A stretch of 64,000 nucleotides of DNA from Balanoglossus misakiensis. Its lineage: Eukaryota > Animalia > Hemichordata. Made by a program: the position numbers and the translations under genes. The stretch spans positions 8,581,846-8,645,845 of the forward strand of contig CM082577.2 in assembly GCA_040954595.2 (NCBI GenBank), written 5' to 3'. The notes beneath the pieces are model-generated. The model worked only from the letters and a program-made list of their open reading frames with translations. It made no database searches and was not told the DNA's origin. Shown here in pieces: positions 13,308-25,502 of the stretch. Numbering within the stretch: the stretch's first letter is position 1; the number at the start of each line of letters is the position of its first letter.

Positions 13308-15719
13308 TTATTCATTTTCTCTGCATACCATCACCATGACTACATTATCACCCCTGATAAACAGCTGATTGACATGCCTCCTGATAAAATCACCATCGTC
13401 TATTATCCTTTTCCCTTGTTTCTGTTTCACCACAGGATGACTGGCACACACTTTGTTCTGCGCGAGTTCAGGTTCTTCTGAAATGTTTGTCTCAACCCCA
13501 GCCCTGCTTTTGATTTCTGTGTCTTTGCTAACCAAAGTGCTGGTTTTGCATTCCTTTTGAAAATCCCTCCCCGTCCTTTCAGCTGCAGGGTGTGTGTTTT
13601 CAGATTCAGTCTCTGGTTCGCCAGCGATGTCTGAAGTTTCTGTGCACCTTAATTCAGAATCGTCCCTGTCAGTGCATTTCTTTTTATCATTTTGGTCACT
13701 TTTATGATCTTTTACATCACTACCACTGACACTATTGCGATCCTCTTGCGCACCATTACTGTCATTATCATCTCCACCATCTTCGTGATCATGGTGGAGA
13801 TGATTATCATCACTGTTAGCATTACCACCATGATTTACATCATCATTACTGTCATGATCACCAGCACCACCATCAAAATCATTATTAAGATCATTGCTCT
13901 CCGCAGTATCATCACTGCTATGACCGTCATCGTCATGACCACAATTGCCATGGTCACCATCATTGTCATCATTACCATCATCCTCCTCCCCATCATCATT
14001 AACTGGCAGAAAAGATAATTGCTCCTTCAATGTAGCCAATTCCTGTTCCAATGTCCTGATCTCCTTTGGTTCGCCAAAGCTGCTGCCATCTCCCTGACAA
14101 TCTCTGCTTTTCAGTCGATCCTTGTCGGTCCTTTCACTTTTTCTTTGTTTCACACTGTCACAAGCTTCGTCTACTGCAAGTTCTCGAAGCTGCCTCAAAT
14201 CCGGTAAAACTTTTTCTGGCTCAATCTGCCCTTGAAGGTCAAAGCCAGCCCTTCCCTCATTCACATGGGGTTGGTGGAGTTCCTCCTGAAGAGTTTCTGG
14301 GTGACCACTTCTACTGTTGTTGAGCTAAGGACAAAAATACCAATCACAGGCAATGACATTGTGGCAAAATGAATTTTGTATTTACTTTTGCATGAATGAT
14401 GCATCAAATCATCTCATTGGGTCAATGCAGGTAAATATGCTTGTTTGCACCTAATCTGCCATACATGTGTGTGTATAGAAAAAAGAATTTGAGAAAACAG
14501 TTGGATCTATACCTTTGAAAAAGTAAGTCTTTCTTCATTGAACAGTTTCTTTCCAAGCGATGGTTTCTTATACACTTCATCGACATCTACCATGGCCTAA
14601 CGATTGAGAAGAGATGTAGGTAGATTGAAACTAGTTTGTACTGCGTCAGAATTCATACTTTGATTCATTGGTATTAAACTTCATCTTGCTGGACGACAGT
14701 AACACCTGAAAGACAGCAGGCTCTTCCTGTGCACTCCAATGTGTTGCATTCTTAATGTGACAGTTATGCATGACTCTTTTTCAATTATTTTAGTGACAGT
14801 GACTGCACTTTACCTCGACTTTAGCTGAAATGTATGGAGAGAAAAAAAAATGAAATCCAATTCCCATCATAGGACACATTGACAAGATAACCATTGTAAA
14901 CTTTACACTTACCAAATTCCAGTATTTATCATATGCAACCAGATAACCACAGCAAAGGCCACGCAAACCTTTGAAGGTGCGTGTACACACGCGGATTGGT
15001 ATTCCATCATGGACACACTCATACAACAGTCCCAGCGGTCCTTGATTATGCGCTGAAAGGAATCATACACGAGAACTGCTCCATGTTGTGGAAATATACA
15101 ACCTGGTATGCACTTTGAAAAAAAATATGGCAATGAAAAAAATATGTTGATACACAAACGTGGGTGTCAGAAATGATATTTTCCACTTCTCACCTTCCAT
15201 TCGGGTGAGAACATTCCTGTTACTTTTTCTATACGAGCGTCCGCCTCGTTGGCGTGACCTTGAACTTCCGGGTTCATCCTCGTCGTCGTCCGCTGCAACT
15301 TCGCCTTCTTTTGAACTGGGCTCTTTTCTGATCAGTCTCTGAAAGAAGGAAAAATTCGAGTTGCACCAGGTTGGTGTGCCAGGAAGAATCTTGTTTGGAA
15401 AATCCGGACTCTCAAACAACTTCACTGTACTCAAGAAAAATGGGGATACGCACATTCGAAGGCATGACCACTGAGAAGTGTATCTGTGTACCTGTAGTGC
15501 TTCTGCTCTGGACTGACTTTTCGGTTGCGACGATGCTTGTTTCTTCTTGGCGTGAGCTCGGGGAAGCTCGCCGGTCATCATATACTTCTCATATTCGAGG
15601 ATATTATTGAGCTGCACCACACTCGGAAATGGGGGAGTTACATTGTCAGAGTAAAGAGCGGCAAGAGGGTCAAATTTTGGAGAAGTGAAGCTGAGCTTAT
15701 CTTCATTGGAGGCCGCCAT
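13308..15719 (-). CDS. LSM11: U7 snRNA-associated Sm-like protein LSm11 (~537 aa). Exons 15719-15492, 15338-15194, 15052-14913, 14596-14513, 14324-13308
   Basis: N-terminal FTSPKFDPLAALYS, RNVLTRM, Sm1 motif ([37 protein letters not shown]) and Sm2 motif (RHVNQLFIRGDNVVMV) separated by a long insert. Exon lengths sum to 1614 nt, in frame. Confidence 0.93.
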
Positions 15720-16005
15720 ATTTTTGTAATTTTTTCTCGCCCTGAATGAGATCTCGCGTTCTCGTATTAGTTCCGGTTGCTTGTGCATTGATAATATTCC
15801 AGGTAACATATTCAACATTTTTATTATCACTTGAGAGACGTTAAAAATAGGAAATCAAGCACTAAAATATGTAAAATTATTTTAATGTTAAAAATTTGAT
15901 CACATATTTACATTACTAAAGGAAAAAGTTGCATTTACGACACGCTAGAAAGTTGTAATTTACAAGCTACAAATGTAAAATACATTCATTACTAGGTGGG
16001 TTTAT

Positions 16006-16019
16006 TTTCCCTTGACAAC
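16006..16019. promoter_or_regulatory. Candidate RFX X-box in the LSM11/CCDC166-like divergent promoter
   Basis: TTTCCCTTGACAAC, ~50 bp upstream of the coiled-coil gene ATG. Confidence 0.5.
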
Positions 16020-16069
16020 CAAACTGGTCCGACTGACATACAGCCTCCATTGATTGTTTTGATTGCAAT

Positions 16070-19000
16070 ATGCCACCCAAGAAAGGCAAGGGTAAAGGAA
16101 AAGGGAAGAAGGGTAAGAAAGGAGGGGCAGCCGGAGGAGAAGGGGGTGACGATGGACCGATAGAGCCGCCCAAGCCGACAGAAAAGGAGCTACTGCTCAG
16201 AGCAGAGTAAGTCCTTCATCAATCATCTGGTCCTCACTCACCTTTGGTCAATGAATACATGTATTACATGTACCATTATCATGATTATGTAAACAACTTG
16301 ACTGGCACAAAATATTACTGCAGAAGCATGAAGTAGCCCGAAAGCCTACCCAACTTTGAGTCCTGGTGGACGATCATGAAAAAATATATCATGATTTCTC
16401 TATTGAGTAGGACATCCTCTTATCCACCCTCATTAATTTGTCAGTGTCACTGCCAACTTGCCAAGTTTTGAAAGTTTAGTAAAATAAGATCCAAAAATTT
16501 GATAAATTATTCATAAATTCTTCAATGCTGTGAGGTGTGATTGATGTATCTGACCACTCTGAGCTTTTTTCAAAACTTATCCTATCTTAAATTCAATGCA
16601 ACTCTTTTTTATACTTTTCAGGTTGGAGAATTTGACAGAAGAACTTGTTGGACTTAAAAAGAGAGTTGAAGAATTGTATCCTTTAATATTGGATTGGATT
16701 TTTTAAAATCAATAATTTAAGATGGTAAAGGTTTATATCAACTTCAAGAAATCATAAAGTGAAAGCAAATAGCAAGAAAATAGAATTTTTGACTTGAAAC
16801 TCCACTCATTTGAAGAGCAGTTATCATAAAATTGTCCCCTTCTTCACAATATACTGTATGCAATTTCTACATGATGGATGTCTTTTATGGTATAGTAACA
16901 TCAAGCATTGTTTTATAAAGACTTAACTTCAATTCAGACGCAATGAAAATGAATGGCTTCAACAGGAAGCACATCAAACTAGAGTGGAAAGTGTGAGTTG
17001 CAATTATTATTTTTTGAAATTTTGCACCAATTCAGATGGTTTCGGTTATTTCAAAGATGTACACATTAAACATTATTTGTAGGATGTCAAAAGCCTTAAT
17101 TTTCTACTTTATATTTACCAGTATTGTGAAAGTATGATGATTGATCACATCATATTTGTGTTCTATTTCACAGCATGAATACATGTCATACATGTCCAAG
17201 AAAACACACAAGAGACAGACCACCATCATCACGCTAACTGACCAGAATCAGAAAGAAATTGAAGACATCAATAAACAAAGGGAAGAAATGCTCAAAAGCT
17301 ATGAAGGCAAGAAACAAGGTATGTGACAGATCAGTGATATTTAATTACCTTTTAAACACATAAAGAATTAATTTTAAAGGACAAAAATATGCTGATGGCG
17401 TCAAACATAGATTCTGAATTTTTTGGTATTTGTCTATTTCTAAGGTAAATTGGGGAGAATGTCAAAGTTAAACTGTCCATTTTACCCTAATATTTGATCT
17501 GATCTCTACATTTTAAACAATTTTAACAGAACTCAGAATTATTCTTATGGAGAAAGAGGCACAATTAGCGAAGACAAGACGAGAGCTGGATGAACTAGAT
17601 GAATACAAAGTAAGTTATAATAATAATAATAATAATTTATTTGTATAGCGTCAGTATCCACAAAAAAATGTGATCAATGACGCTTAAAGCAAAAGTACAA
17701 TACAACAAATGGCTAAAAAACAGATTTAAAAAGTAAAGTTTTAACATTTGATTTAAAAACAGATAAGTCTGGTGCCTGGCGAATGGTGAGTGGAAGATTA
17801 TTCCAAAGAATTGGAGCAGCAACAGTAAAAGCGCGATCACCATAACTCTTGGTGCGTGATCGAACAGGGCAGAGTTTGAACTGATCAGCTGACCTTAAAT
17901 TGCGACATGGAACATATAGATTAGTCATGCTAGAAAGATAGATTGGACCAAGTTTATGAATGGATTTAAAAATGAGAACTAACATCTTAAAAACAATACG
18001 CTCTGTAACAGGTAGCCAGTGCAACTGATACAAAATTGGAGTGATGTGACAGGTGATTTTAGAACGAGTTACAATTCTAGCAGCAATATTCTGAACGCGT
18101 TGGATACGGTTGATTGAATACTTCGGGAGCCCAAATAAAAGTGAATTACATGAATCAATTCGAGACGTAATGAATGCATGAACTAATTGCTCTGTAGCTG
18201 AATGAGATAAATATTTGCGGATAAGCGCAATGCGACGTAAATGAAAAGTGGCAGAGCGGCAGATCTGTCCAATATGTGGCTTCATTGTCAGACAAGAGTC
18301 AAGGATCACTCCAAGGCTCTTAGCCTGACAATGGACGGGAATCAGAGAATCGCCAACACGAATTTCTGAAATCCCTCTAGCAGACAGATCACCCAAAATA
18401 CCAGAGAAAATAACAAATTCAGTCTTATCATCGTTTAAGCACAAGAAGTTTTCAGACATCCAAAACCTAACATCAGAAATACAAAGTTCAAGATTTGAAA
18501 CAGTTCTTGCTGCGTTGTCTTTACTAAAAGACATATAAAGTGAAGAGTCATCTGCATAAAAACTATAAAGACAACCATGACTTTGAACTAATTCACCTAA
18601 TGGAGACGTGTACATATTGAAAAGTATGGGACCAAGAACTGATCCCTGTGGTACCCCAGTGTCGAGCGGATAAAAAGGTGATTGGGTGGAATTTACAAGT
18701 ACACACTGACTACGATTGGAAAGGTATGACTTAAACCACATGAGAACAGTATCTGAGAGACCGAAGCGGTCTCTTAAGCGATTGAGTAAAATGGTATGGT
18801 TCACAGTGTCAAATGCTGCGGAAAGATCGAGTAATACCAAGAAAACATCTCTTTTTTCATCAAGAGCAAGCAAAATGTCATTTGTTACTTTGAGGAGAGC
18901 AGTCTCAGTACTGTGTCCTGGCTTGTAAGCAGATTGCAAAGGCTCGTCCAATGAATGGTTGACAATGTGAGAAGTCAGTCTCTTGGCAACAATACGTTCC

Positions 19001-20887
19001 AGGATCTTCGACAAAAACGGCAGGTTGGATACAGGACGGAAATTTTTGAGAACTTCATGATCAAGAGATGGCTTTTTAAGTAGAGGTTTAACGATGGCTT
19101 CCTTGAAATGAGGAGGTACAGCACCATACTGCAGAGAGTTATTGAAGATTTCTGTGATATGTGGTAACAAAACTTGTAAAATGTCAGAATGTTTGAAGAT
19201 CTTGGTAGGAATCGGATCAAGGCGACAAGTAGATGAAGGCGATGCACGAATAACCTTGTCAATTTCATCAGCTGTTGTAGGCTCAAAGGCATTAAGGCGA
19301 CAATCGGATTTCAATTCAGTTTGTGGTTGTGAATGATGTCGAATGGAATTGCCCATATTTATAGTTAGTGATTTTACGCGATTAATGAAGAATTTTGCAA
19401 AACGATTTGCTAATTCCAGAGAATCATCATGTTTTGGTAGTACAGTGGATGTGTTATTGTGACCAAGCAGTCCCTTTACGACCTTGAATAATTGTTTTTG
19501 GTTACCTGAGCACTCGTCAACAAGGCCGACATAATGGTTCTTTTTAGCAGCATCCACAAGGCGAACGACGTCGGTCCGACAGGCCCTGTAAATCTGGCGA
19601 TGTACTTCCAACCTAGATTTTCTCCACATTTTTTCTGCCTTCATTCTTTTCAACCGGGCATCGATGATTGACTGATTAATCCATGGCACTGGTCGCCTAT
19701 TTGGCACTAGTCTCACACGGGTTGGTGCATGGCGATCAAATATATCGCTAACAGTGTTTTTAAGCAAATCCCAATTAGTAGATACGTCAGCATCGGGTTG
19801 AAGGCGGATGGATGCAGATAATTCAGCAGCGAAACCATTAGCGGAAAAGGATTTCATATCTCACAAAAAATAACGACCACTATATTCCAAACAAACTTCA
19901 TACTGGTGACCTGGTTTTGTCAAGACTAATTTAATTTCTTTCTTTTATTGATATTATCAGAGATTACAGATTGATCAAGTGCAGCGAATAAAAGACTTGG
20001 AGAAGGAAGTGATGAAAATGCGGGGGAAACACACAGACACTATACAGAAACTCAAAACGGAATTCTTGAGGGAAAAGAGAGACTACCAACAAGATGCTGA
20101 GACTAAAGTCAATACACTCGCCAAGCAAGCCAATAGAGTAAGTCATACAACTACATCCAATATTACAGTTTCAAGATTTAAAGATGGGACTGGACGCTAG
20201 TTTTATACCCAAACTCTTAACAGTGTTCCCATGGGCCCAAAAGGAAGCCTAGCATTCCACATCGAAATTGCAAGCTATCTTGTGTATCCTAGTGTCAACC
20301 ACAGTGTTTTCCTATTGATTGAATGAGTTATAGTAATCAAGGATAGATTGTGTTGTAAATCTAATTAGTCATGTCTTACCTGTAACTCATAAATAAAAAC
20401 TTTTTTTTTTTTTTAATCTTCTCCCTACTTAAAAACTAGCCACGTCCATAATGCTAGTGGCTTTCAATATTGTAAAACTGGAAGTGGCACTTAATTTCTT
20501 TCAGCAAGATTATAAAGATGTGTAAAGATGTATAAACACAGAACAGGATGTTCTAAAAATGTTCTTGTCTTGAATCTCTGACAGGAAGCGCTACACTGTC
20601 TCAACGAGCACACGAGCAAAATCAAGACGGAAAACCGAGAGCTGAGACGGGAACTGATGAAGCTGATTCAGACCACGAGGGCGCTGCACGAACACAAATT
20701 GGAACTCGAAGAACAGAGGCGACAGCTGCTCAGAGAACAACAGTACGGAAACGACTTAAAGAGACTGAAAAACACCAGACAACACAAAGTTCTGAAATCC
20801 TTTGGACTTTTACCCGACGACGAGGATGTGGAGGTTGCAAGCAGTGTGGGCAGTGGCAGATCTTCAATTAAAGACAGGGTCAATTGA
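16070..20887 (+). CDS. CCDC166: Coiled-coil protein of the CCDC166/CCDC121 (DUF4515) family, likely ciliary. Exons 16070-16206, 16622-16675, 16938-16992, 17174-17318, 17530-17609, 19961-20137, 20585-20887
   Basis: MPPKKGKGK... N-terminus, ENEWLQQEAHQTRVESHEYMSYMSKK..RQTTIITLTDQN, and continuous coiled coil. All junctions stay in frame. The family name is from memory. Confidence 0.72.
16676..16937 (+). other. U12-type GT-AG intron in the CCDC166-like gene
   Basis: Donor GTATCCTTT (16676-16684). Branch-like GACTTAAC ends 10 nt before the end of the intron and there is no polypyrimidine tract. The frame is restored (VEEL/RNENEW). Confidence 0.85.
17621..19869 (-). mobile_element. 5'-truncated L2-clade non-LTR retrotransposon, antisense in CCDC166-like intron 5
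   Basis: Uninterrupted RT ORF, an L2-type 3' end (AAGCGTCA...TGACGCTATACAAATAAA) followed by an (ATT)n tail, and a possible ATAA target duplication (17617-17620 / 19870-19873). Confidence 0.9.
17713..19857 (-). CDS. Reverse transcriptase (L2 LINE ORF2, lacking the N-terminal endonuclease domain)
   Basis: 714-aa ORF with NFRPVSNLPFLSKILE, QSAYKPGHSTETALLKV, LLDLSAAFDTV, GVPQGSVLGP, YADD and LHWLPV motifs. Confidence 0.92.
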   Translation of the reverse strand: MKSFSANGFAAELSASIRLQPDADVSTNWDLLKNTVSDIFDRHAPTRVRLVPNRRPVPWINQSIIDARLKRMKAEKMWRKSRLEVHRQIYRACRTDVVRLVDAAKKNHYVGLVDECSGNQKQLFKVVKGLLGHNNTSTVLPKHDDSLELANRFAKFFINRVKSLTINMGNSIRHHSQPQTELKSDCRLNAFEPTTADEIDKVIRASPSSTCRLDPIPTKIFKHSDILQVLLPHITEIFNNSLQYGAVPPHFKEAIVKPLLKKPSLDHEVLKNFRPVSNLPFLSKILERIVAKRLTSHIVNHSLDEPLQSAYKPGHSTETALLKVTNDILLALDEKRDVFLVLLDLSAAFDTVNHTILLNRLRDRFGLSDTVLMWFKSYLSNRSQCVLVNSTQSPFYPLDTGVPQGSVLGPILFNMYTSPLGELVQSHGCLYSFYADDSSLYMSFSKDNAARTVSNLELCISDVRFWMSENFLCLNDDKTEFVIFSGILGDLSARGISEIRVGDSLIPVHCQAKSLGVILDSCLTMKPHIGQICRSATFHLRRIALIRKYLSHSATEQLVHAFITSRIDSCNSLLFGLPKYSINRIQRVQNIAARIVTRSKITCHITPILYQLHWLPVTERIVFKMLVLIFKSIHKLGPIYLSSMTNLYVPCRNLRSADQFKLCPVRSRTKSYGDRAFTVAAPILWNNLPLTIRQAPDLSVFKSNVKTLLFKSVF

Positions 20888-22150
20888 GTACGTCACCTAT
20901 GAACTTTGACATCATCTCGGGAAATCAGCCTTTACCCACAGGCAAGCTGTGCTGTGTGTACATTCAGTTGTTTTAGTGGTGTTCATCAATATTCAGTTTT
21001 CATCTTGTGGCTGTCAACAGAAAATTAATATTGAATGTTGTCTGGGTACTGTAGACCTACCCCTAAACACCCCGAAGTTTTTTTTTTACCTAAAAGCTAA
21101 GAACAGAAGTGGAGAGATGATTTTGATTTTTGTTTTGAAATTGCTGATTGTTTGTTCAAACTCTCATTAAGAACAATTAATATTTTAAGTTCAAGTACCA
21201 CTATTGTATATAATATTTTATATTGAGCGATTTTATGTTGGGAAAAATTTTTTTCTTTCTGAAATTTCTCATAATTTTTAAAATACTACTTATTGCAAAT
21301 AAAAAGTATATTGATATCACTGAATGACACTGTTATTATTTACAAATTTTAGGTGGGATCTATGATCATAGAATGAGTGCACAAATTCCAGTGTGTGGTT
21401 GACTGTTCCAGAATTTAAACTCAAAATGATAAACTCATACCAACAAAATGCCAAGCTGTAAATGTCACATAGGGGTCATGAAAATTGGCAAGTCAACTCT
21501 CCACACTTTCAACAAAAAACATCAGCTGCATAAATGCAGACATAAGGGCACTTACCACCAAAGCACATCTTCCAAAGTGCTAACTACATAGAAAACATTT
21601 TGTACACAGCATGGTCTTTTCATTGAACAACCATGAACGACAATCCATATTAAATACAAAGACTTTTATTGAAAAAATTATCAAAGGTAGTACTACATAG
21701 GTTGTACTGAAGAAAACAGCACAATCTACGACTAGTACTGTTACATATGTAAGGTATCTCATCACTGATCTTCACCTACATAAGACTAACTTTAATCCTA
21801 CAACTAAACTTCATAATATAATGAACTTTTTTAGTACAAAGATATTGGTTTGGCAGCTTTTTAACATCAGTTTTGGCAGTAAACTTAATGGAAGGAAACA
21901 CTTTGCGTAAAACAAACAAACAAAACACAACAAAATCAGTGACAATTGTCTAGTAATTGTAAAATGTCAAGAAAAACATGAAGGCATAAATTACAAGACC
22001 TGCCACGTTGAGCTAACGTTTCAAGAATTTCAAGTTACAAAAATAGCTTTAATATACAACAATAGACTTCTCTCTCAAGGCTCTATCAGTCTATGATAAT
22101 ACCCTAAAACTTTCAAGATGATATGTATCGGTGCAATAGTGACAAACACT

Positions 22151-25100
22151 TTAAGACTGGAGGTTAGTACCACTGGTGTCTCGTGAGTGACTGGTTTTAT
22201 TTTTGCATCTGTCTTCCAGCATTGAGTTGAGAATCTGGATTTCTTCAGCGTACCGAACTCTGCAACACAAGAAAAAGTGGAAATATTAGGGAGTGTTCAG
22301 AATTTACTTGTGGAGGGGGGGGGGCCACCCATTTTCTCCAAGAAAAATTAGGGGGGACATTACTCCCTTGTTATTAGTTCATTAAACCTGTAGATGTGAT
22401 AAGCGATAAGTGCATGAAAATGAAATTCTGTGAGAAAAATGTGCAAGGTTAAACATTTCTCCCCAAGGTTATTTTTGTCTTAATTCAGCATTATCTGTCT
22501 TGTTTATGAATGCGTTGAAAGTGGTGTGTGCAGTTATGTTACCTATGGACCACGGAAATGCATCACAAAAGTACTGACTTAAAAAAAAAAGGAAAATTAA
22601 ATACTTCACAGCCACTGTTCATCACACTTTCTTTATCAAATTGTTCAGAATTCTGATTTCTTCTTCATCACTGAGCCTGTTGTCATGGCAGCAGGATAAC
22701 ATGCAACAAAAGGAAACATTGCCCCAATCTGATCAGTCATCATGCATCTTATTTTAGAGAATTCAAATGTTCCACCTTACAACCCACTACCAGTATTACT
22801 TTGTCCATCTACAGTTTGGGAGAAGAGAGTAGATAAAACCATCAGGTCAACATTTGGTGAATTTAACGGGTTGAAAATGAGCCATCTTATCACACACACA
22901 GATGCATGTGATGCTAAGTAATAACTTACCCTGCAGGAGTTTCCAGGACCAGTGGAATATTATCAAAGCGAGGATCATTCATGAGACACTTGAACGCCTG
23001 AAGTCCTATCTTGCCTTTGCCGATATTCTCATGCCTATCCTGGTGACAGCCAAGACCACCTAAATAATCAAATGCATTATTACTATATTTTGACCACTGT
23101 GACAAGTAAAACGTCAAAATTATCCCCCCCCCTCCACCTTGGTCCAGTCTCACCCTTGAAACAACCAAACTCGACCAGTGCGAATAAAAAAAATGAAATC
23201 TGCCCACTGACCCATAGAATCATTCATGTGAACTGCTTTCAAGTACTTGAATCCAACTATTCTGTCAAACTCTGTCATCACTTTCTCATATCCTTCCTCA
23301 GTGGAGATATCATGACCTAAGGAAAAGACAGAAGTTCAAAGTTCAAAAGGTCATAAATTCAAAGCATATGGTTGCCAAATTTTACTGGACCACAACTATA
23401 TTATTGACAGCTACATGCATTGTTAGATTTATTGTACTACTGTCTTTTGAATCCAGAAACAAATCAAAACCAGTATTTCAGATAACTCTGTTTACATAAT
23501 TTTTGATTGCATTTCACCCCACAAAAATTACACAAATGAAATCTGCAGAGAAAAATACAGATCCTTAGAGATACAGTGTCTTAAGAAGGTAATTTGTCAA
23601 GTGTTCTCAATCTTACCAGCAGCGAATGCATGGCATGTATCGAAACATACACCAATACGAGACTTGTCTTCCACGCGATCAATGATACCTCGCAACTCTT
23701 CAAACTTCCCACCTATTGTGTTGCCTTGACAACTCATGTTTTCTATCACTGGAACAAAGTAAAGTCACAAAATGAAATTAAGACTGACTGAAATGAACAA
23801 GACCAGGTTACTAGTACCTGTTTAGGATACACAATGTGGACCACAAGTTTCCTTTTAACCCTGAAATATCATAGACATTTTCCAGTGTACTTTGCTGTTC
23901 AAAAAATAAACACTCAGACTTCAAGCACTATAAAGCTGATTAGCTGGTGCCACAAATCTCACCTGTGATGACTTGCATGCTCCTCTCATGGGCATAATTT
24001 ATGCTGTCGCCGATTTTATCAAGACATTCTTCTACTGAGATTTCACCACATGACGAGCCTATCAGAGGAAGACAATCTCAATGGTGAATATCACAGGTAA
24101 TGCGTGTGATAAAAGGTGATGAACAACATAAGATAACATTTTTACAATTAACCGACAAACTAAATTGGTTGAATTCACGTCATTTTGACAGAAACTGTAG
24201 TCATTGATGGTAACAGAAGTCTGTATTCTCATCAAACTGTAAATATTCGCATTCAGTCATGGCCTGAACAGGTTAAATTAAAAAAAACAACTTTGACCTG
24301 GATGGAAGTTAAACATGGTGAGACCGAGCATTTCACATCGATTCAAGTCTTCCACCAGAGCAGCCCGACTCTTCTTCAACACCTCTGCGTCGGGAGAGCC
24401 GCAGTTCATCAGATATGACCCGTGCGGAATGATCAAGTGGGGAGGAAAGCCATGTTGCTTGCACTTCTCCTTGAACTTCTCCGCAACCTCTTCATCCATC
24501 GGTTTGGAGACCCACTGACGCTGTGAACGCAGGAACAAGGCGAAGGACTTGGCACCGATGTTCAAAGCATTGGTCACTGAATGGTCCAGACCCTCTGTTT
24601 CAGGGGGGAAAAGAGTAGTTTCTCATGAAAGAAAGGACAGAAGCAACTACTGTACTCTGTGAAATGTTTGATACATCTTTTAAATGGCAGTCTCATTTTA
24701 AATTCGTGTGTGAGTATATCGTTGATTAAGGTAAAATTTAGTAACGTTAAGGATTGTGATTTCTAAAATGTTTAAAAACTGCACTTTCCAAAAAAGTGAT
24801 GGGATCATGGCCCAGCTGTGGTTCAACAAATCAAAAACAAAGTCAAGACATGTGTGCATATAGATGAATGATCAATTTCTTACTTGCTATGGACACATGA
24901 GCACCGACAAATTTTCCCGGTCGCTTTCCACACACAGAGTCCTCTGAACTGTCCTGCAATTCACGTGCTTTTCCCACTTTTTGGACCCGCAACGCAGCAT
25001 CATCCATCTTTGTGGTCTGTTTATTCCCACCATTCTTTGACGCTTGCTTCTTCTTCTTCACAGAAGTGTGGTTGACTTTCCTGACACGCTCTCTGGCTTC

Positions 25101-25502
25101 TTTCTCCTTTCTAGCTTTCCAAGCAACTGTCGCCGCCTGCAGTCTCTCTTTTATCTCTTTGCTGGGAGTCCACTTGACTGGCGAAGAGACGTTTTCTGTT
25201 GCTTTGGTCTTCTTTTGCGGTGGCCCTTCGAGACTCGTGGAGCTAGCCCTTTTCTTCGAATTATTTCTGGGAGATGTTGATTCTTGTACAGTTTGAGACT
25301 CTGGTGTCGATGTCTTCAAGTTTGGCACAGTTTTCATTTCAGAGCCTTTCTCAGCTGCTGTTGTTGGTGTGTTATGTTCTTGTTTTGGAAGTTTTGTTTT
25401 AGCAACTTTCTTTTTCACTGGGCCAGCCTTACCTTTCTTGATATCATCATCTTCATCTCTTCCCCATGCAGGTCGATTTCTCTTTCGCTGTGGTGGCTTC
25501 AT
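22151..25502 (-). CDS. AP endonuclease, endonuclease IV (Nfo/APN1) family, with long basic N-terminal extension. Exons 25502-24884, 24594-24298, 24058-23963, 23748-23617, 23316-23212, 23059-22930, 22259-22151
   Basis: Motifs [52 protein letters not shown] and LETP carry the expected trinuclear-metal ligands. Splicing is canonical. Probable 5'UTR exons lie at ~25756-25960 and beyond 25988. Confidence 0.92.

Noticed and set aside
13692-14018. 108-aa Ile/Thr-rich hydrophobic ORF on the + strand
   Set aside because: Antisense shadow of the (GAT)-rich LSM11 coding tract.
15063-15830. 255-aa ORF as a single-exon gene
   Set aside because: It reads through LSM11 intron 1 and into intron 2. The likely start is the ATG at 15719.
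23333-23353. AGTTCA-A-AGTTCA-AA-AGGTCA nuclear-receptor-like repeat
   Set aside because: It coincides with the pyrimidine/branch region of an endonuclease IV intron on the minus strand, and such motifs are common in this window.
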